Below, piece after piece: positions 38,011-53,000 of a stretch of 64,000 nt of DNA. Position 1 is the first letter of the stretch. Every line of letters begins with the position of its first letter. This DNA comes from Balanoglossus misakiensis (taxonomy: Eukaryota > Animalia > Hemichordata), in contig CM082583.2 in NCBI GenBank assembly GCA_040954595.2, positions 12,872,987 through 12,936,986 of the forward strand. Reading direction: 5' to 3'. Both the position numbers and the translations under genes were made by a program. The notes beneath the pieces are model-generated. The model was given only the letters and a program-made list of their open reading frames with translations. It did not search any database and was not told the origin of the DNA.

Positions 38011-41000
38011 GATTTTTGAACATTTTCCTGAGCTATAACCCATGGTTTTTTCAAAAAATGACCAAATTTTGAAAATTCGCAAAGTCGAAAAATCGTCGAT
38101 TTTTGAACATTTTCCTGAGCTATAACCCATGGTTTTTTCAAAAAATGACCAAATTTTGAAAATTCGCAAAGTCGAAAAATCGTCGATTTTTGAACATTTT
38201 CCTGAGCTATAACCCATGGTTTTTTCAAAAAATGACCAAATTTTGAAAATTCGCAAAGTCGAAAAATCGTCGATTTTTGAACATTTTCTTGAGCTATAAC
38301 CCATGATTTTTTTCAAAAAATGACCAAATTTTGAAAATTCGCAAAGTCGAAAAATCGTCGATTTTTGAACATTTTCCTGAGCTATAACCCATGGTTTTTT
38401 CAAAAAATGACCAAATTTTGAAAATTCGCAAAGTCGAAAAATCGTCGATTTTTGAACATTTTCTTGAGCTATAACCCATGATTTTTTTCAAAAAATGACC
38501 AAATTTTGAAAATTCGCAAAGTCGAAAAATCGTCGATTTTTGAACATTTTCCTGAGCTATAACCCATGGTTTTTTTCAAAAAATGACCAAATTTTGAAAA
38601 TTCGCAAAGTCGAAAAATCGTCGATTTTTGAACATTTTCCTGAGCTATAACCCATGGTTTTTTCAAAAAATGACCAAATTTTGAAAATTCGCAAAGTCGA
38701 AAAATCGTCGATTTTTGAACATTTTCCTGAGCTATAACCCATAGTTTTTTCAAAAAATGACCAAATTTTGAAAATTCGCAAAGTCGAAAAATCGTCGATT
38801 TTTGAACATTTTCCTGAGCTATAACCCATGGTTTTTTCAAAAAATGACCAAATTTTGAAAATTCGCAAAGTCGAAAAATCGTCGATTTTTGAACATTTTC
38901 CTGAGCTATAACCCATGGTTTTTTCAAAAAATGACCAAATTTTGAAAATTCGCAAAGTCGAAAAATCGTCGATTTTTGAACATTTTCCTGAGCTATAACC
39001 CATGGTTTTTTCAAAAAATGACCAAATTTTGAAAATTCGCAAAGTCGAAAAATCGTCGATTTTTGAACATTTTCCTGAGCTATAACCCATGGTTTTTTCA
39101 AAAAATGACCAAATTTTGAAAATTCGCAAAGTCGAAAAATCGTCGATTTTTGAACATTTTCCTGAGCTATAACCCATGGTTTTTTCAAAAAATGACCAAA
39201 TTTTGAAAATTCGCAAAGTCGAAAAATCGTCGATTTTTGAACATTTTCCTGAGCTATAACCCATGGTTTTTTCAAAAAATGACCAAATTTTGAAAATTCG
39301 CAAAGTCGAAAAATCGTCGATTTTTGAACATTTTCCTGAGCTATAACCCATGGTTTTTTCAAAAAATGACCAAATTTTGAAAATTCGCAAAGTCGAAAAA
39401 TCGTCGATTTTTGAACATTTTCCTGAGCTATAACCCATGGTTTTTTCAAAAAATGACCAAATTTTGAAAATTCGCAAAGTCGAAAAATCGTCGATTTTTG
39501 AACATTTTCCTGAGCTATAACCCATGGTTTTTTCAAAAAATGACCAAATTTTGAAAATTCGCAAAGTCGAAAAATCGTCGATTTTTGAACATTTTCCTGA
39601 GCTATAACCCATGTTTTTTTCAAAAAATGACCAAATTTTGAAAATTCGCAAAGTCGAAAAATCGTCGATTTTTGAACATTTTCCTGAGCTATAACCCATG
39701 GTTTTTTCAAAAAATGACCAAATTTTGAAAATTCGCAAAGTCGAAAAATCGTCGATTTTTGAACATTTTCCTGAGCTATAACCCATGGTTTTTTCAAAAA
39801 ATGACCAAATTTTGAAAATTCGCAAAGTCGAAAATTCGTCGTTTTTTGAACATTTTCCTGAGCTATAACCCATGGTTTTTTCAAAAAATGACCAAATTTT
39901 GAAAATTCGCAAAGTCGAAAAATCGTCGATTTTTGAACATTTTCCTGAGCTATAACCCATGGTTTTTTCAAAAAATGACCAAATTTTGAAAATTCGCAAA
40001 GTCGAAAAATCGTCGATTTTTGAACATTTTCCTGAGCTATAACCCATGGTTTTTTCAAAAAATGACCAAATTTTGAAAATTCGCAAAGTCGAAAAATCGT
40101 CGATTTTTGAACATTTTCCTGAGCTATAACCCATGGTTTTTTCAAAAAATGACCAAATTTTGAAAATTCGCAAAGTCGAAAAATCGTCGATTTTTGAACA
40201 TTTTCCTGAGCTATAACCCATGGTTTTTTCAAAAAATGACCAAATTTTGAAAATTCGCAAAGTCGAAAAATCGTCGATTTTTGAACATTTTCCTGAGCTA
40301 TAACCCATGGTTTTTTCAAAAAATGACCAAATTTTGAAAATTCGCAAAGTCGAAAAATCGTCGATTTTTGAACATTTTCCTGAGCTATAACCCATGGTTT
40401 TTTCAAAAAATGACCAAATTTTGAAAATTCGCAAAGTCGAAAAATCGTCGATTTTTGAACATTTTCCTGAGCTATAACCCATGGTTTTTTCAAAAAATGA
40501 CCAAATTTTGAAAATTCGCAAAGTCGAAAAATCGTCGATTTTTGAACATTTTCCTGAGCTATAACCCATGGTTTTTTCAAAAAATGACCAAATTTTGAAA
40601 ATTTGCAAAGTCGAAAAATCGTCGATTTTTGAACATTTTCCTGAGCTATAACCCATGGTTTTTTCAAAAAATGACCAAATTTTGAAAATTCGCAAAGTCG
40701 AAAAATCGTCGATTTTTGAACATTTTCCTGAGCTATAACCCATGGTTTTTTCAAAAAATGACCAAATTTTGAAAATTCGCAAAGTCGAAAAATCGTCGAT
40801 TTTTGAACATTTTCCTGAGCTATAACCCATGGTTTTTTCAAAAAATGACCAAATTTTGAAAATTCGCAAAGTCGAAAAATCGTCGATTTTTGAACATTTT
40901 CCTGAGCTATAACCCATGGTTTTTTCAAAAAATGACCAAATTTTGAAAATTCGCAAAGTCGAAAAATCGTCGATTTTTGAACATTTTCCTGAGCTATAAC

Positions 41001-44000
41001 CCATGGTTTTTTCAAAAAATGACCAAATTTTGAAAATTCGCAAAGTCGAAAAATCGTCGATTTTTGAACATTTTCCTGAGCTATAACCCATGGTTTTTTC
41101 AAAAAATGACCAAATTTTGAAAATTCGCAAAGTCGAAAAATCGTCGATTTTTGAACATTTTCCTGAGCTATAACCCATGGTTTTTTCAAAAAATGACCAA
41201 ATTTTGAAAATTCGCAAAGTCGAAAAATCGTCGATTTTTGAACATTTTCCTGAGCTATAACCCATGGTTTTTTCAAAAAATGACCAAATTTTGAAAATTC
41301 GCAAAGTCGAAAAATCGTCGATTTTTGAACATTTTCCTGAGCTATAACCCATGGTTTTTTCAAAAAATGACCAAATTTTGAAAATTCGCAAAGTCGAAAA
41401 ATCGTCGATTTTTGAACATTTTCCTGAGCTATAACCCATGGTTTTTTCAAAAAATGACCAAATTTTGAAAATTCGCAAAGTCGAAAAATCGTCGATTTTT
41501 GAACATTTTCCTGAGCTATAACCCATGGTTTTTTCAAAAAATGACCAAATTTTGAAAATTCGCAAAGTCGAAAAATCGTCGATTTTTGAACATTTTCCTG
41601 AGCTATAACCCATGGTTTTTTCAAAAAATGACCAAATTTTGAAAATTCGCAAAGTCGAAAAATCGTCGATTTTTGAACATTTTCCTGAGCTATAACCCAT
41701 GGTTTTTTCAAAAAATGACCAAATTTTGAAAATTCGCAAAGTCGAAAAATCGTCGATTTTTGAACATTTTCCTGAGCTATAACCCATGGTTTTTTCAAAA
41801 AATGACCAAATTTTGAAAATTCGCAAAGTCGAAAAATCGTCGATTTTTGAACATTTTCCTGAGCTATAACCCATGGTTTTTTCAAAAAATGACCAAATTT
41901 TGAAAATTCGCAAAGTCGAAAAATCGTCGATTTTTGAACATTTTCCTGAGCTATAACCCATGGTTTTTTCAAAAAATGACCAAATTTTGAAAATTCGCAA
42001 AGTCGAAAAATCGTCGATTTTTGAACATTTTCCTGAGCTATAACCCATGGTTTTTTCAAAAAATGACCAAATTTTGAAAATTCGCAAAGTCGAAAAATCG
42101 TCGATTTTTGAACATTTTCCTGAGCTATAACCCATGGTTTTTTCAAAAAATGACCAAATTTTGAAAATTCGCAAAGTCGAAAATTCGTCGTTTTTTGAAC
42201 ATTTTCCTGAGCTATAACCCATGGTTTTTTCAAAAAATGACCAAATTTTGAAAATTCGCAAAGTCGAAAATTCGTCGATTTTTGAACATTTTCCTGAGCT
42301 ATAACCCATGGTTTTTTCAAAAAATGACCAAATTTTGAAAATTCGCAAAGTCGAAAAATCGTCGATTTTTGAACATTTTCCTGAGCTATAACCCATGGTT
42401 TTTTCAAAAAATGACCAAATTTTGAAAATTCGCAAAGTCGAAAAATCGTCGATTTTTGAACATTTTCCTGAGCTATAACCCATGGTTTTTTCAAAAAATG
42501 ACCAAATTTTGAAAATTCGCAAAGTCGAAAAATCGTCGATTTTTGAACATTTTCCTGAGCTATAACCCATGGTTTTTTCAAAAAATGACCAAATTTTGAA
42601 AATTCGCAAAGTCGAAAAATCGTCGATTTTTGAACATTTTCCTGAGCTATAACCCATGGTTTTTTCAAAAAATGACCAAATTTTGAAAATTCGCAAAGTC
42701 GAAAAATCGTCGATTTTTGAACATTTTCCTGAGCTATAACCCATGGTTTTTTCAAAAAATGACCAAATTTTGAAAATTCGCAAAGTCGAAAAATCGTCGA
42801 TTTTTGAACATTTTCCTGAGCTATAACCCATGGTTTTTTCAAAAAATGACCAAATTTTGAAAATTCGCAAAGTCGAAAAATCGTCGATTTTTGAACATTT
42901 TCCTGAGCTATAACCCATGGTATTTTCAAAAAATGACCAAATTTTGAAAATTCGCAAAGTCGAAAAATCGTCGATTTTTGAACATTTTCCTGAGCTATAA
43001 CCCATGGTTTTTTCAAAAAATGACCAAATTTTGAAAATTCGCAAAGTCGAAAAATCGTCGATTTTTGAACATTTTCCTGAGCTATAACCCATGGTTTTTT
43101 CAAAAAATGACCAAATTTTGAAAATTCGCAAAGTCGAAAAATCGTCGATTTTTGAACATTTTCCTGAGCTATAACCCATGGTTTTTTCAAAAAATGACCA
43201 AATTTTGAAAATTCGCAAAGTCGAAAAATCGTCGATTTTTGAACATTTTCCTGAGCTATAACCCATGGTTTTTTCAAAAAATGACCAAATTTTGAAAATT
43301 CGCAAAGTCGAAAAATCGTCGATTTTTGAACATTTTCCTGAGCTATAACCCATGGTTTTTTCAAAAAATGACCAAATTTTGAAAATTCGCAAAGTCGAAA
43401 AATCGTCGATTTTTGAACATTTTCCTGAGCTATAACCCATGGTTTTTTCAAAAAATGACCAAATTTTGAAAATTCGCAAAGTCGAAAAATCGTCGATTTT
43501 TGAACATTTTCCTGAGCTATAACCCATGGTTTTTTCAAAAAATGACCAAATTTTGAAAATTCGCAAAGTCGAAAAATCGTCGATTTTTGAACATTTTCCT
43601 GAGCTATAACCCATGGTTTTTTCAAAAAATGACCAAATTTTGAAAATTCGCAAAGTCGAAAAATCGTCGATTTTTGAACATTTTCCTGAGCTATAACCCA
43701 TGGTTTTTTCAAAAAATGACCAAATTTTGAAAATTCGCAAAGTCGAAAAATCGTCGATTTTTGAACATTTTCCTGAGCTATAACCCATGGTTTTTTCAAA
43801 AAATGACCAAATTTTGAAAATTCGCAAAGTCGAAAAATCGTCGATTTTTGAACATTTTCCTGAGCTATAACCCATGGTTTTTTCAAAAAATGACCAAATT
43901 TTGAAAATTCGCAAAGTCGAAAAATCGTCGATTTTTGAACATTTTCCTGAGCTATAACCCATGGTTTTTTCAAAAAATGACCAAATTTTGAAAATTCGCA

Positions 44001-47000
44001 AAGTCGAAAAATCGTCGATTTTTGAACATTTTCCTGAGCTATAACCCATGGTTTTTTCAAAAAATGACCAAATTTTGAAAATTCGCAAAGTCGAAAAATC
44101 GTCGATTTTTGAACATTTTCCTGAGCTATAACCCATGGTTTTTTCAAAAAATGACCAAATTTTGAAAATTCGCAAAGTCGAAAAATCGTCGATTTTTGAA
44201 CATTTTCCTGAGCTATAACCCATGGTTTTTTCAAAAAATGACCAAATTTTGAAAATTCGCAAAGTCGAAAAATCGTCGATTTTTGAACATTTTCCTGAGC
44301 TATAACCCATGGTTTTTTCAAAAAATGACCAAATTTTGAAAATTCGCAAAGTCGAAAAATCGTCGATTTTTGAACATTTTCCTGAGCTATAACCCATGGT
44401 TTTTTCAAAAAATGACCAAATTTTGAAAATTCGCAAAGTCGAAAAATCGTCGATTTTTGAACATTTTCCTGAGCTATAACCCATGGTTTTTTCAAAAAAT
44501 GACCAAATTTTGAAAATTCGCAAAGTCGAAAAATCGTCGATTTTTGAACATTTTCCTGAGCTATAACCCATGGTTTTTTCAAAAAATGACCAAATTTTGA
44601 AAATTCGCAAAGTCGAAAAATCGTCGATTTTTGAACATTTTCCTGAGCTATAACCCATGGTTTTTTCAAAAAATGACCAAATTTTGAAAATTCGCAAAGT
44701 CGAAAAATCGTCGATTTTTGAACATTTTCCTGAGCTATAACCCATGGTTTTTTCAAAAAATGACCAAATTTTGAAAATTCGCAAAGTCGAAAAATCGTCG
44801 ATTTTTGAACATTTTCCTGAGCTATAACCCATGGTTTTTTCAAAAAATGACCAAATTTTGAAAATTCGCAAAGTCGAAAAATCGTCGATTTTTGAACATT
44901 TTCCTGAGCTATAACCCATGGTTTTTTCAAAAAATGACCAAATTTTAAAAATTCGCAAAGTCGAAAAATCGTCGATTTTTGAACATTTTCCTGAGCTATA
45001 ACCCATGGTTTTTTCAAAAAATGACCAAATTTTGAAAATTCGCAAAGTCGAAAAATCGTCGATTTTTGAACATTTTCCTGAGCTATAACCCATGGTTTTT
45101 TCAAAAAATGACCAAATTTTGAAAATTCGCAAAGTCGAAAATTCGTCGTTTTTTGAACATTTTCCTGAGCTATAACCCATGGTTTTTTCAAAAAATGACC
45201 AAATTTTGAAAATTCGCAAAGTCGAAAAATCGTCGATTTTTGAACATTTTCCTGAGCTATAACCCATGGTTTTTTCAAAAAATGACCAAATTTTGAAAAT
45301 TCGCAAAGTCGAAAAATCGTCGATTTTTGAACATTTTCCTGAGCTATAACCCATGGTTTTTTCAAAAAATGACCAAATTTTGAAAATTCGCAAAGTCGAA
45401 AAATCGTCGATTTTTGAACATTTTCCTGAGCTATAACCCATGGTTTTTTCAAAAAATGACCAAATTTTGAAAATTCGCAAAGTCGAAAAATCGTCGATTT
45501 TTGAACATTTTCCTGAGCTATAACCCATGGTTTTTTCAAAAAATGACCAAATTTTGAAAATTCGCAAAGTCGAAAAATCGTCGATTTTTGAACATTTTCC
45601 TGAGCTATAACCCATGGTTTTTTCAAAAAATGACCAAATTTTGAAAATTCGCAAAGTCGAAAAATCGTCGATTTTTGAACATTTTCCTGAGCTATAACCC
45701 ATGGTTTTTTCAAAAAATGACCAAATTTTGAAAATTCGCAAAGTCGAAAAATCGTCGATTTTTGAACATTTTCCTGAGCTATAACCCATGGTTTTTTCAA
45801 AAAATGACCAAATTTTGAAAATTCGCAAAGTCGAAAAATCGTCGATTTTTGAACATTTTCCTGAGCTATAACCCATGGTTTTTTCAAAAAATGACCAAAT
45901 TTTGAAAATTCGCAAAGTCGAAAAATCGTCGATTTTTGAACATTTTCCTGAGCTATAACCCATGGTTTTTTCAAAAAATGACCAAATTTTGAAAATTCGC
46001 AAAGTCGAAAAATCGTCGATTTTTGAACATTTTCCTGAGCTATAACCCATGGTTTTTTCAAAAAATGACCAAATTTTGAAAATTCGCAAAGTCGAAAAAT
46101 CGTCGATTTTTGAACATTTTCCTGAGCTATAACCCATGGTTTTTTCAAAAAATGACCAAATTTTGAAAATTCGCAAAGTCGAAAAATCGTCGATTTTTGA
46201 ACATTTTCCTGAGCTATAACCCATGGTTTTTTCAAAAAATGACCAAATTTTGAAAATTCGCAAAGTCGAAAAATCGTCGATTTTTGAACATTTTCCTGAG
46301 CTATAACCCATGGTTTTTTCAAAAAATGACCAAATTTTGAAAATTCGCAAAGTCGAAAAATCGTCGATTTTTGAACATTTTCCTGAGCTATAACCCATGG
46401 TTTTTTCAAAAAATGACCAAATTTTGAAAATTCGCAAAGTCGAAAAATCGTCGATTTTTGAACATTTTCCTGAGCTATAACCCATGTTTTTTTCAAAAAA
46501 TGACCAAATTTTGAAAATTCGCAAAGTCGAAAAATCGTCGATTTTTGAACATTTTCCTGAGCTATAACCCATGGTTTTTTCAAAAAATGACCAAATTTTG
46601 AAAATTCGCAAAGTCGAAAAATCGTCGATTTTTGAACATTTTCCTGAGCTATAACCCATGGTTTTTTCAAAAAATGACCAAATTTTGAAAATTCGCAAAG
46701 TCGAAAAATCGTCGATTTTTGAACATTTTCCTGAGCTATAACCCATGGTTTTTTCAAAAAATGACCAAATTTTGAAAATTCGCAAAGTCGAAAAATCGTC
46801 GATTTTTGAACATTTTCCTGAGCTATAACCCATAGTTTTTTCAAAAAATGACCAAATTTTAAAAATTCGCAAAGTCGAAAAATCGTCGATTTTTGAACAT
46901 TTTCCTGAGCTATAACCCATGGTTTTTTCAAAAAATGACCAAATTTTGAAAATTCGCAAAGTCGAAAAATCGTCGATTTTTGAACATTTTCCTGAGCTAT

Positions 47001-50000
47001 AACCCATGGTTTTTTTTAAAAAATGACCAAATTTTGAAAATTCGCAAAGTCGAAAAATCGTCGATTTTTGAACATTTTCCTGAGCTATAACCCATGGTTT
47101 TTTCAAAAAATGACCAAATTTTGAAAATTCGCAAAGTCGAAAAATCGTCGATTTTTGAACATTTTCCTGAGCTATAACCCATGGTTTTTTCAAAAAATGA
47201 CCAAATTTTGAAAATTCGCAAAGTCGAAAAATCGTCGATTTTTGAACATTTTCCTGAGCTATAATAACCCATGGTTTTTTCAAAAAATGACCAAATTTTG
47301 AAAATTCGCAAAGTCGAAAAATCGTCGATTTTTGAACATTTTCCTGAGCTATAACCCATGGTTTTTTTTAAAAAATGACCAAATTTTGAAAATTCGCAAA
47401 GTCGAAAAATCGTCGATTTTTGAACATTTTCCTGAGCTATAACCCATGGTTTTTTCAAAAAATGACCAAATTTTGAAAATTCGCAAAGTCGAAAAATCGT
47501 CGATTTTTGAACATTTTCCTGAGCTATAACCCATGGTTTTTTCAAAAAATGACCAAATTTTGAAAATTCGCAAAGTCGAAAAATCGTCGATTTTTGAACA
47601 TTTTCCTGAGCTATAACCCATGGTTTTTTCAAAAAATGACCAAATTTTGAAAATTCGCAAAGTCGAAAAATCGTCGATTTTTGAACATTTTCCTGAGCTA
47701 TAACCCATGGTTTTTTCAAAAAATGACCAAATTTTGAAAATTCGCAAAGTCGAAAAATCGTCGATTTTTGAACATTTTCCTGAGCTATAACCCATGGTTT
47801 TTTCAAAAAATGACCAAATTTTGAAAATTCGCAAAGTCGAAAAATCGTCGATTTTTGAACATTTTCCTGAGCTATAACCCATGGTTTTTTCAAAAAATGA
47901 CCAAATTTTGAAAATTCGCAAAGTCGAAAAATCGTCGATTTTTGAACATTTTCCTGAGCTATAACCCATGGTTTTTTCAAAAAATGACCAAATTTTGAAA
48001 ATTCGCAAAGTCGAAAAATCGTCGATTTTTGAACATTTTCCTGAGCTATAACCCATGGTTTTTTCAAAAAATGACCAAATTTTCAAAATTCGCAAAGTCG
48101 AAAAATCCTCGATTTTTGAACATTTTCCTGAGCTATAACCCATGGTTTTTTCAAAAAATGACCAAATTTTGAAAATTCGCAAAGTCGAAAAATCGTCGAT
48201 TTTTGAACATTTTCCTGAGCTATAACCCATGGTTTTTTCAAAAAATGACCAAATTTTGAAAATTCGCAAAGTCGAAAAATCATCGATTTTTGAACATTTT
48301 CCTGAGCTATAACCCATGGTTTTTTCAAAAAATGACCAAATTTTGAAAATTCGCAAAGTCGAAAAATCGTCGATTTTTGAACATTTTCCTGAGCTATAAC
48401 CCATGGTTTTTTCAAAAAATGACCAAATTTTGAAAATTCGCAAAGTCGAAAAATCGTCGATTTTTGAACATTTTCCTGAGCTATAACCCATAGTTTTTTC
48501 AAAAAATGACCAAATTTTAAAAATTCGCAAAGTCGAAAAATCGTCGATTTTTGAACATTTTCCTGAGCTATAACCCATGGTTTTTTCAAAAAATGACCAA
48601 ATTTTGAAAATTCGCAAAGTCGAAAAATCGTCGATTTTTGAACATTTTCCTGAGCTATAACCCATGGTTTTTTTAAAAAATGACCAAATTTTGAAAATTC
48701 GCAAAGTCGAAAAATCGTCGATTTTTGAACATTTTCCTGAGCTATAACCCATGGTTTTTTCAAAAAATGACCAAATTTTGAAAATTCGCAAAGTCGAAAA
48801 ATCGTCGATTTTTGAACATTTTCCTGAGCTATAACCCATGGTTTTTTCAAAAAATGACCAAATTTTGAAAATTCGCAAAGTCGAAAAATCGTCGATTTTT
48901 GAACATTTTCCTGAGCTATAATAACCCATGGTTTTTTCAAAAAATGACCAAATTTTGAAAATTCGCAAAGTCGAAAAATCGTCGATTTTTGAACATTTTC
49001 CTGAGCTATAACCCATGGTTTTTTTTAAAAAATGACCAAATTTTGAAAATTCGCAAAGTCGAAAAATCGTCGATTTTTGAACATTTTCCTGAGCTATAAC
49101 CCATGGTTTTTTCAAAAAATGACCAAATTTTGAAAATTCGCAAAGTCGAAAAATCGTCGATTTTTGAACATTTTCCTGAGCTATAACCCATGGTTTTTTC
49201 AAAAAATGACCAAATTTTGAAAATTCGCAAAGTCGAAAAATCGTCGATTTTTGAACATTTTCCTGAGCTATAACCCATGGTTTTTTCAAAAAATGACCAA
49301 ATTTTGAAAATTCGCAAAGTCGAAAAATCGTCGATTTTTGAACATTTTCCTGAGCTATAACCCATGGTTTTTTCAAAAAATGACCAAATTTTGAAAATTC
49401 GCAAAGTCGAAAAATCGTCGATTTTTGAACATTTTCCTGAGCTATAACCCATGGTTTTTTCAAAAAATGACCAAATTTTGAAAATTCGCAAAGTCGAAAA
49501 ATCGTCGATTTTTGAACATTTTCCTGAGCTATAACCCATGGTTTTTTCAAAAAATGACCAAATTTTGAAAATTCGCAAAGTCGAAAAATCGTCGATTTTT
49601 GAACATTTTCCTGAGCTATAACCCATGGTTTTTTCAAAAAATGACCAAATTTTGAAAATTCGCAAAGTCGAAAAATCGTCGATTTTTGAACATTTTCCTG
49701 AGCTATAACCCATGGTTTTTTCAAAAAATGACCAAATTTTCAAAATTCGCAAAGTCGAAAAATCCTCGATTTTTGAACATTTTCCTGAGCTATAACCCAT
49801 GGTTTTTTCAAAAAATGACCAAATTTTGAAAATTCGCAAAGTCGAAAAATCGTCGATTTTTGAACATTTTCCTGAGCTATAACCCATGGTTTTTTCAAAA
49901 AATGACCAAATTTTGAAAATTCGCAAAGTCGAAAAATCGTCGATTTTTGAACATTTTCCTGAGCTATAACCCATGGTTTTTTCAAAAAATGACCAAATTT

Positions 50001-53000
50001 TGAAAATTCGCAAAGTCGAAAAATCGTCGATTTTTGAACATTTTCCTGAGCTATAACCCATGGTTTTTTCAAAAAATGACCAAATTTTGAAAATTCGCAA
50101 AGTCGAAAAATCGTCGATTTTTGAACATTTTCCTGAGCTATAACCCATGGTTTTTTCAAAAAATGACCAAATTTTGAAAATTCGCAAAGTCGAAAAATCG
50201 TCGATTTTTGAACATTTTCCTGAGCTATAACCCATAGTTTTTTCAAAAAATGACCAAATTTTAAAAATTCGCAAAGTCGAAAAATCGTCGATTTTTGAAC
50301 ATTTTCCTGAGCTATAACCCATGGTTTTTTCAAAAAATGACCAAATTTTGAAAATTCGCAAAGTCGAAAAATCGTCGATTTTTGAACATTTTCCTGAGCT
50401 ATAACCCATGGTTTTTTTTAAAAAATGACCAAATTTTGAAAATTCGCAAAGTCGAAAAATCGTCGATTTTTGAACATTTTCCTGAGCTATAACCCATGGT
50501 TTTTTCAAAAAATGACCAAATTTTGAAAATTCGCAAAGTCGAAAAATCGTCGATTTTTGAACATTTTCCTGAGCTATAACCCATGGTTTTTTCAAAAAAT
50601 GACCAAATTTTGAAAATTCGCAAAGTCGAAAAATCGTCGATTTTTGAACATTTTCCTGAGCTATAACCCATGGTTTTTTCAAAAAATGACCAAATTTTGA
50701 AAATTCGCAAAGTCGAAAAATCGTCGATTTTTGAACATTTTCCTGAGCTATAACCCATGGTTTTTTCAAAAAATGACCAAATTTTGAAAATTCGCAAAGT
50801 CGAAAATTCGTCGTTTTTTGAACATTTTCCTGAGCTATAACCCATGGTTTTTTCAAAAAATGACCAAATTTTGAAAATTCGCAAAGTCGAAAAATCGTCG
50901 ATTTTTGAACATTTTCCTGAGCTATAACCCATGGTTTTTTCAAAAAATGACCAAATTTTGAAAATTCGCAAAGTCGAAAAATCGTCGATTTTTGAACATT
51001 TTCCTGAGCTATAACCCATGGTTTTTTCAAAAAATGACCAAATTTTGAAAATTCGCAAAGTCGAAAAATCGTCGATTTTTGAACATTTTCCTGAGCTATA
51101 ACCCATGGTTTTTTCAAAAAATGACCAAATTTTGAAAATTCGCAAAGTCGAAAAATCGTCGATTTTTGAACATTTTCCTGAGCTATAACCCATGGTTTTT
51201 TCAAAAAATGACCAAATTTTGAAAATTCGCAAAGTCGAAAAATCGTCGATTTTTGAACATTTTCCTGAGCTATAACCCATGGTTTTTTCAAAAAATGACC
51301 AAATTTTGAAAATTCGCAAAGTCGAAAAATCGTCGATTTTTGAACATTTTCCTGAGCTATAACCCATGGTTTTTTCAAAAAATGACCAAATTTTGAAAAT
51401 TCGCAAAGTCGAAAAATCGTCGATTTTTGAACATTTTCCTGAGCTATAACCCATGGTTTTTTCAAAAAATGACCAAATTTTGAAAATTCGCAAAGTCGAA
51501 AAATCGTCGATTTTTGAACATTTTCCTGAGCTATAACCCATGGTTTTTTCAAAAACTGACCAAATTTTGAAAATTCGCAAAGTCGAAAAATCGTCGATTT
51601 TTGAACATTTTCCTGAGCTATAACCCATGGTTTTTTCAAAAACTGACCAAATTTTGAAAATTCGCAAAGTCGAAAAATCGTCGATTTTTGAACATTTTCC
51701 TGAGCTATAACCCATGGTTTTTTCAAAAAATGACCAAATTTTGAAAATTCGCAAAGTCGAAAAATCGTCGATTTTTGAACATTTTCCTGAGCTATAACCC
51801 ATGGTTTTTTCAAAAAATGACCAAATTTTGAAAATTCGCAAAGTCGAAAATTCGTCGTTTTTTGAACATTTTCCTGAGCTATAACCCATGGTTTTTTCAA
51901 AAAATGACCAAATTTTGAAAATTCGCAAAGTCGAAAAATCGTCGATTTTTGAACATTTTCCTGAGCTATAACCCATGGTTTTTTCAAAAAATGACCAAAT
52001 TTTGAAAATTCGCAAAGTCGAAAAATCGTCGATTTTTGAACATTTTCCTGAGCTATAACCCATGGTTTTTTCAAAAAATGACCAAATTTTGAAAATTCGC
52101 AAAGTCGAAAAATCGTCGATTTTTGAACATTTTCCTGAGCTATAACCCATGGTTTTTTCAAAAAATGACCAAATTTTGAAAATTCGCAAAGTCGAAAAAT
52201 CGTCGATTTTTGAACATTTTCCTGAGCTATAACCCATGGTTTTTTCAAAAAATGACCAAATTTTGAAAATTCGCAAAGTCGAAAAATCGTCGATTTTTGA
52301 ACATTTTCCTGAGCTATAACCCATGGTTTTTTCAAAAAATGACCAAATTTTGAAAATTCGCAAAGTCGAAAAATCGTCGATTTTTGAACATTTTCCTGAG
52401 CTATAACCCATGGTTTTTTCAAAAAATGACCAAATTTTGAAAATTCGCAAAGTCGAAAAATCGTCGATTTTTGAACATTTTCCTGAGCTATAACCCATGG
52501 TTTTTTCAAAAAATGACCAAATTTTGAAAATTCGCAAAGTCGAAAAATCGTCGATTTTTGAACATTTTCCTGAGCTATAACCCATGGTTTTTTCAAAAAA
52601 TGACCAAATTTTGAAAATTCGCAAAGTCGAAAAATCGTCGATTTTTGAACATTTTCCTGAGCTATAACCCATGGTTTTTTCAAAAAATGACCAAATTTTG
52701 AAAATTCGCAAAGTCGAAAAATCGTCGATTTTTGAACATTTTCCTGAGCTATAACCCATGGTTTTTTCAAAAAATGACCAAATTTTGAAAATTCGCAAAG
52801 TCGAAAAATCGTCGATTTTTGAACATTTTCCTGAGCTATAACCCATGGTTTTTTCAAAAAATGACCAAATTTTCAAAATTCGCAAAGTCGAAAAATCCTC
52901 GATTTTTGAACATTTTCCTGAGCTATAACCCATGGTTTTTTCAAAAAATGACCAAATTTTCAAAATTCGCAAAGTCGAAAAATCGTCGATTTTTGAACAT

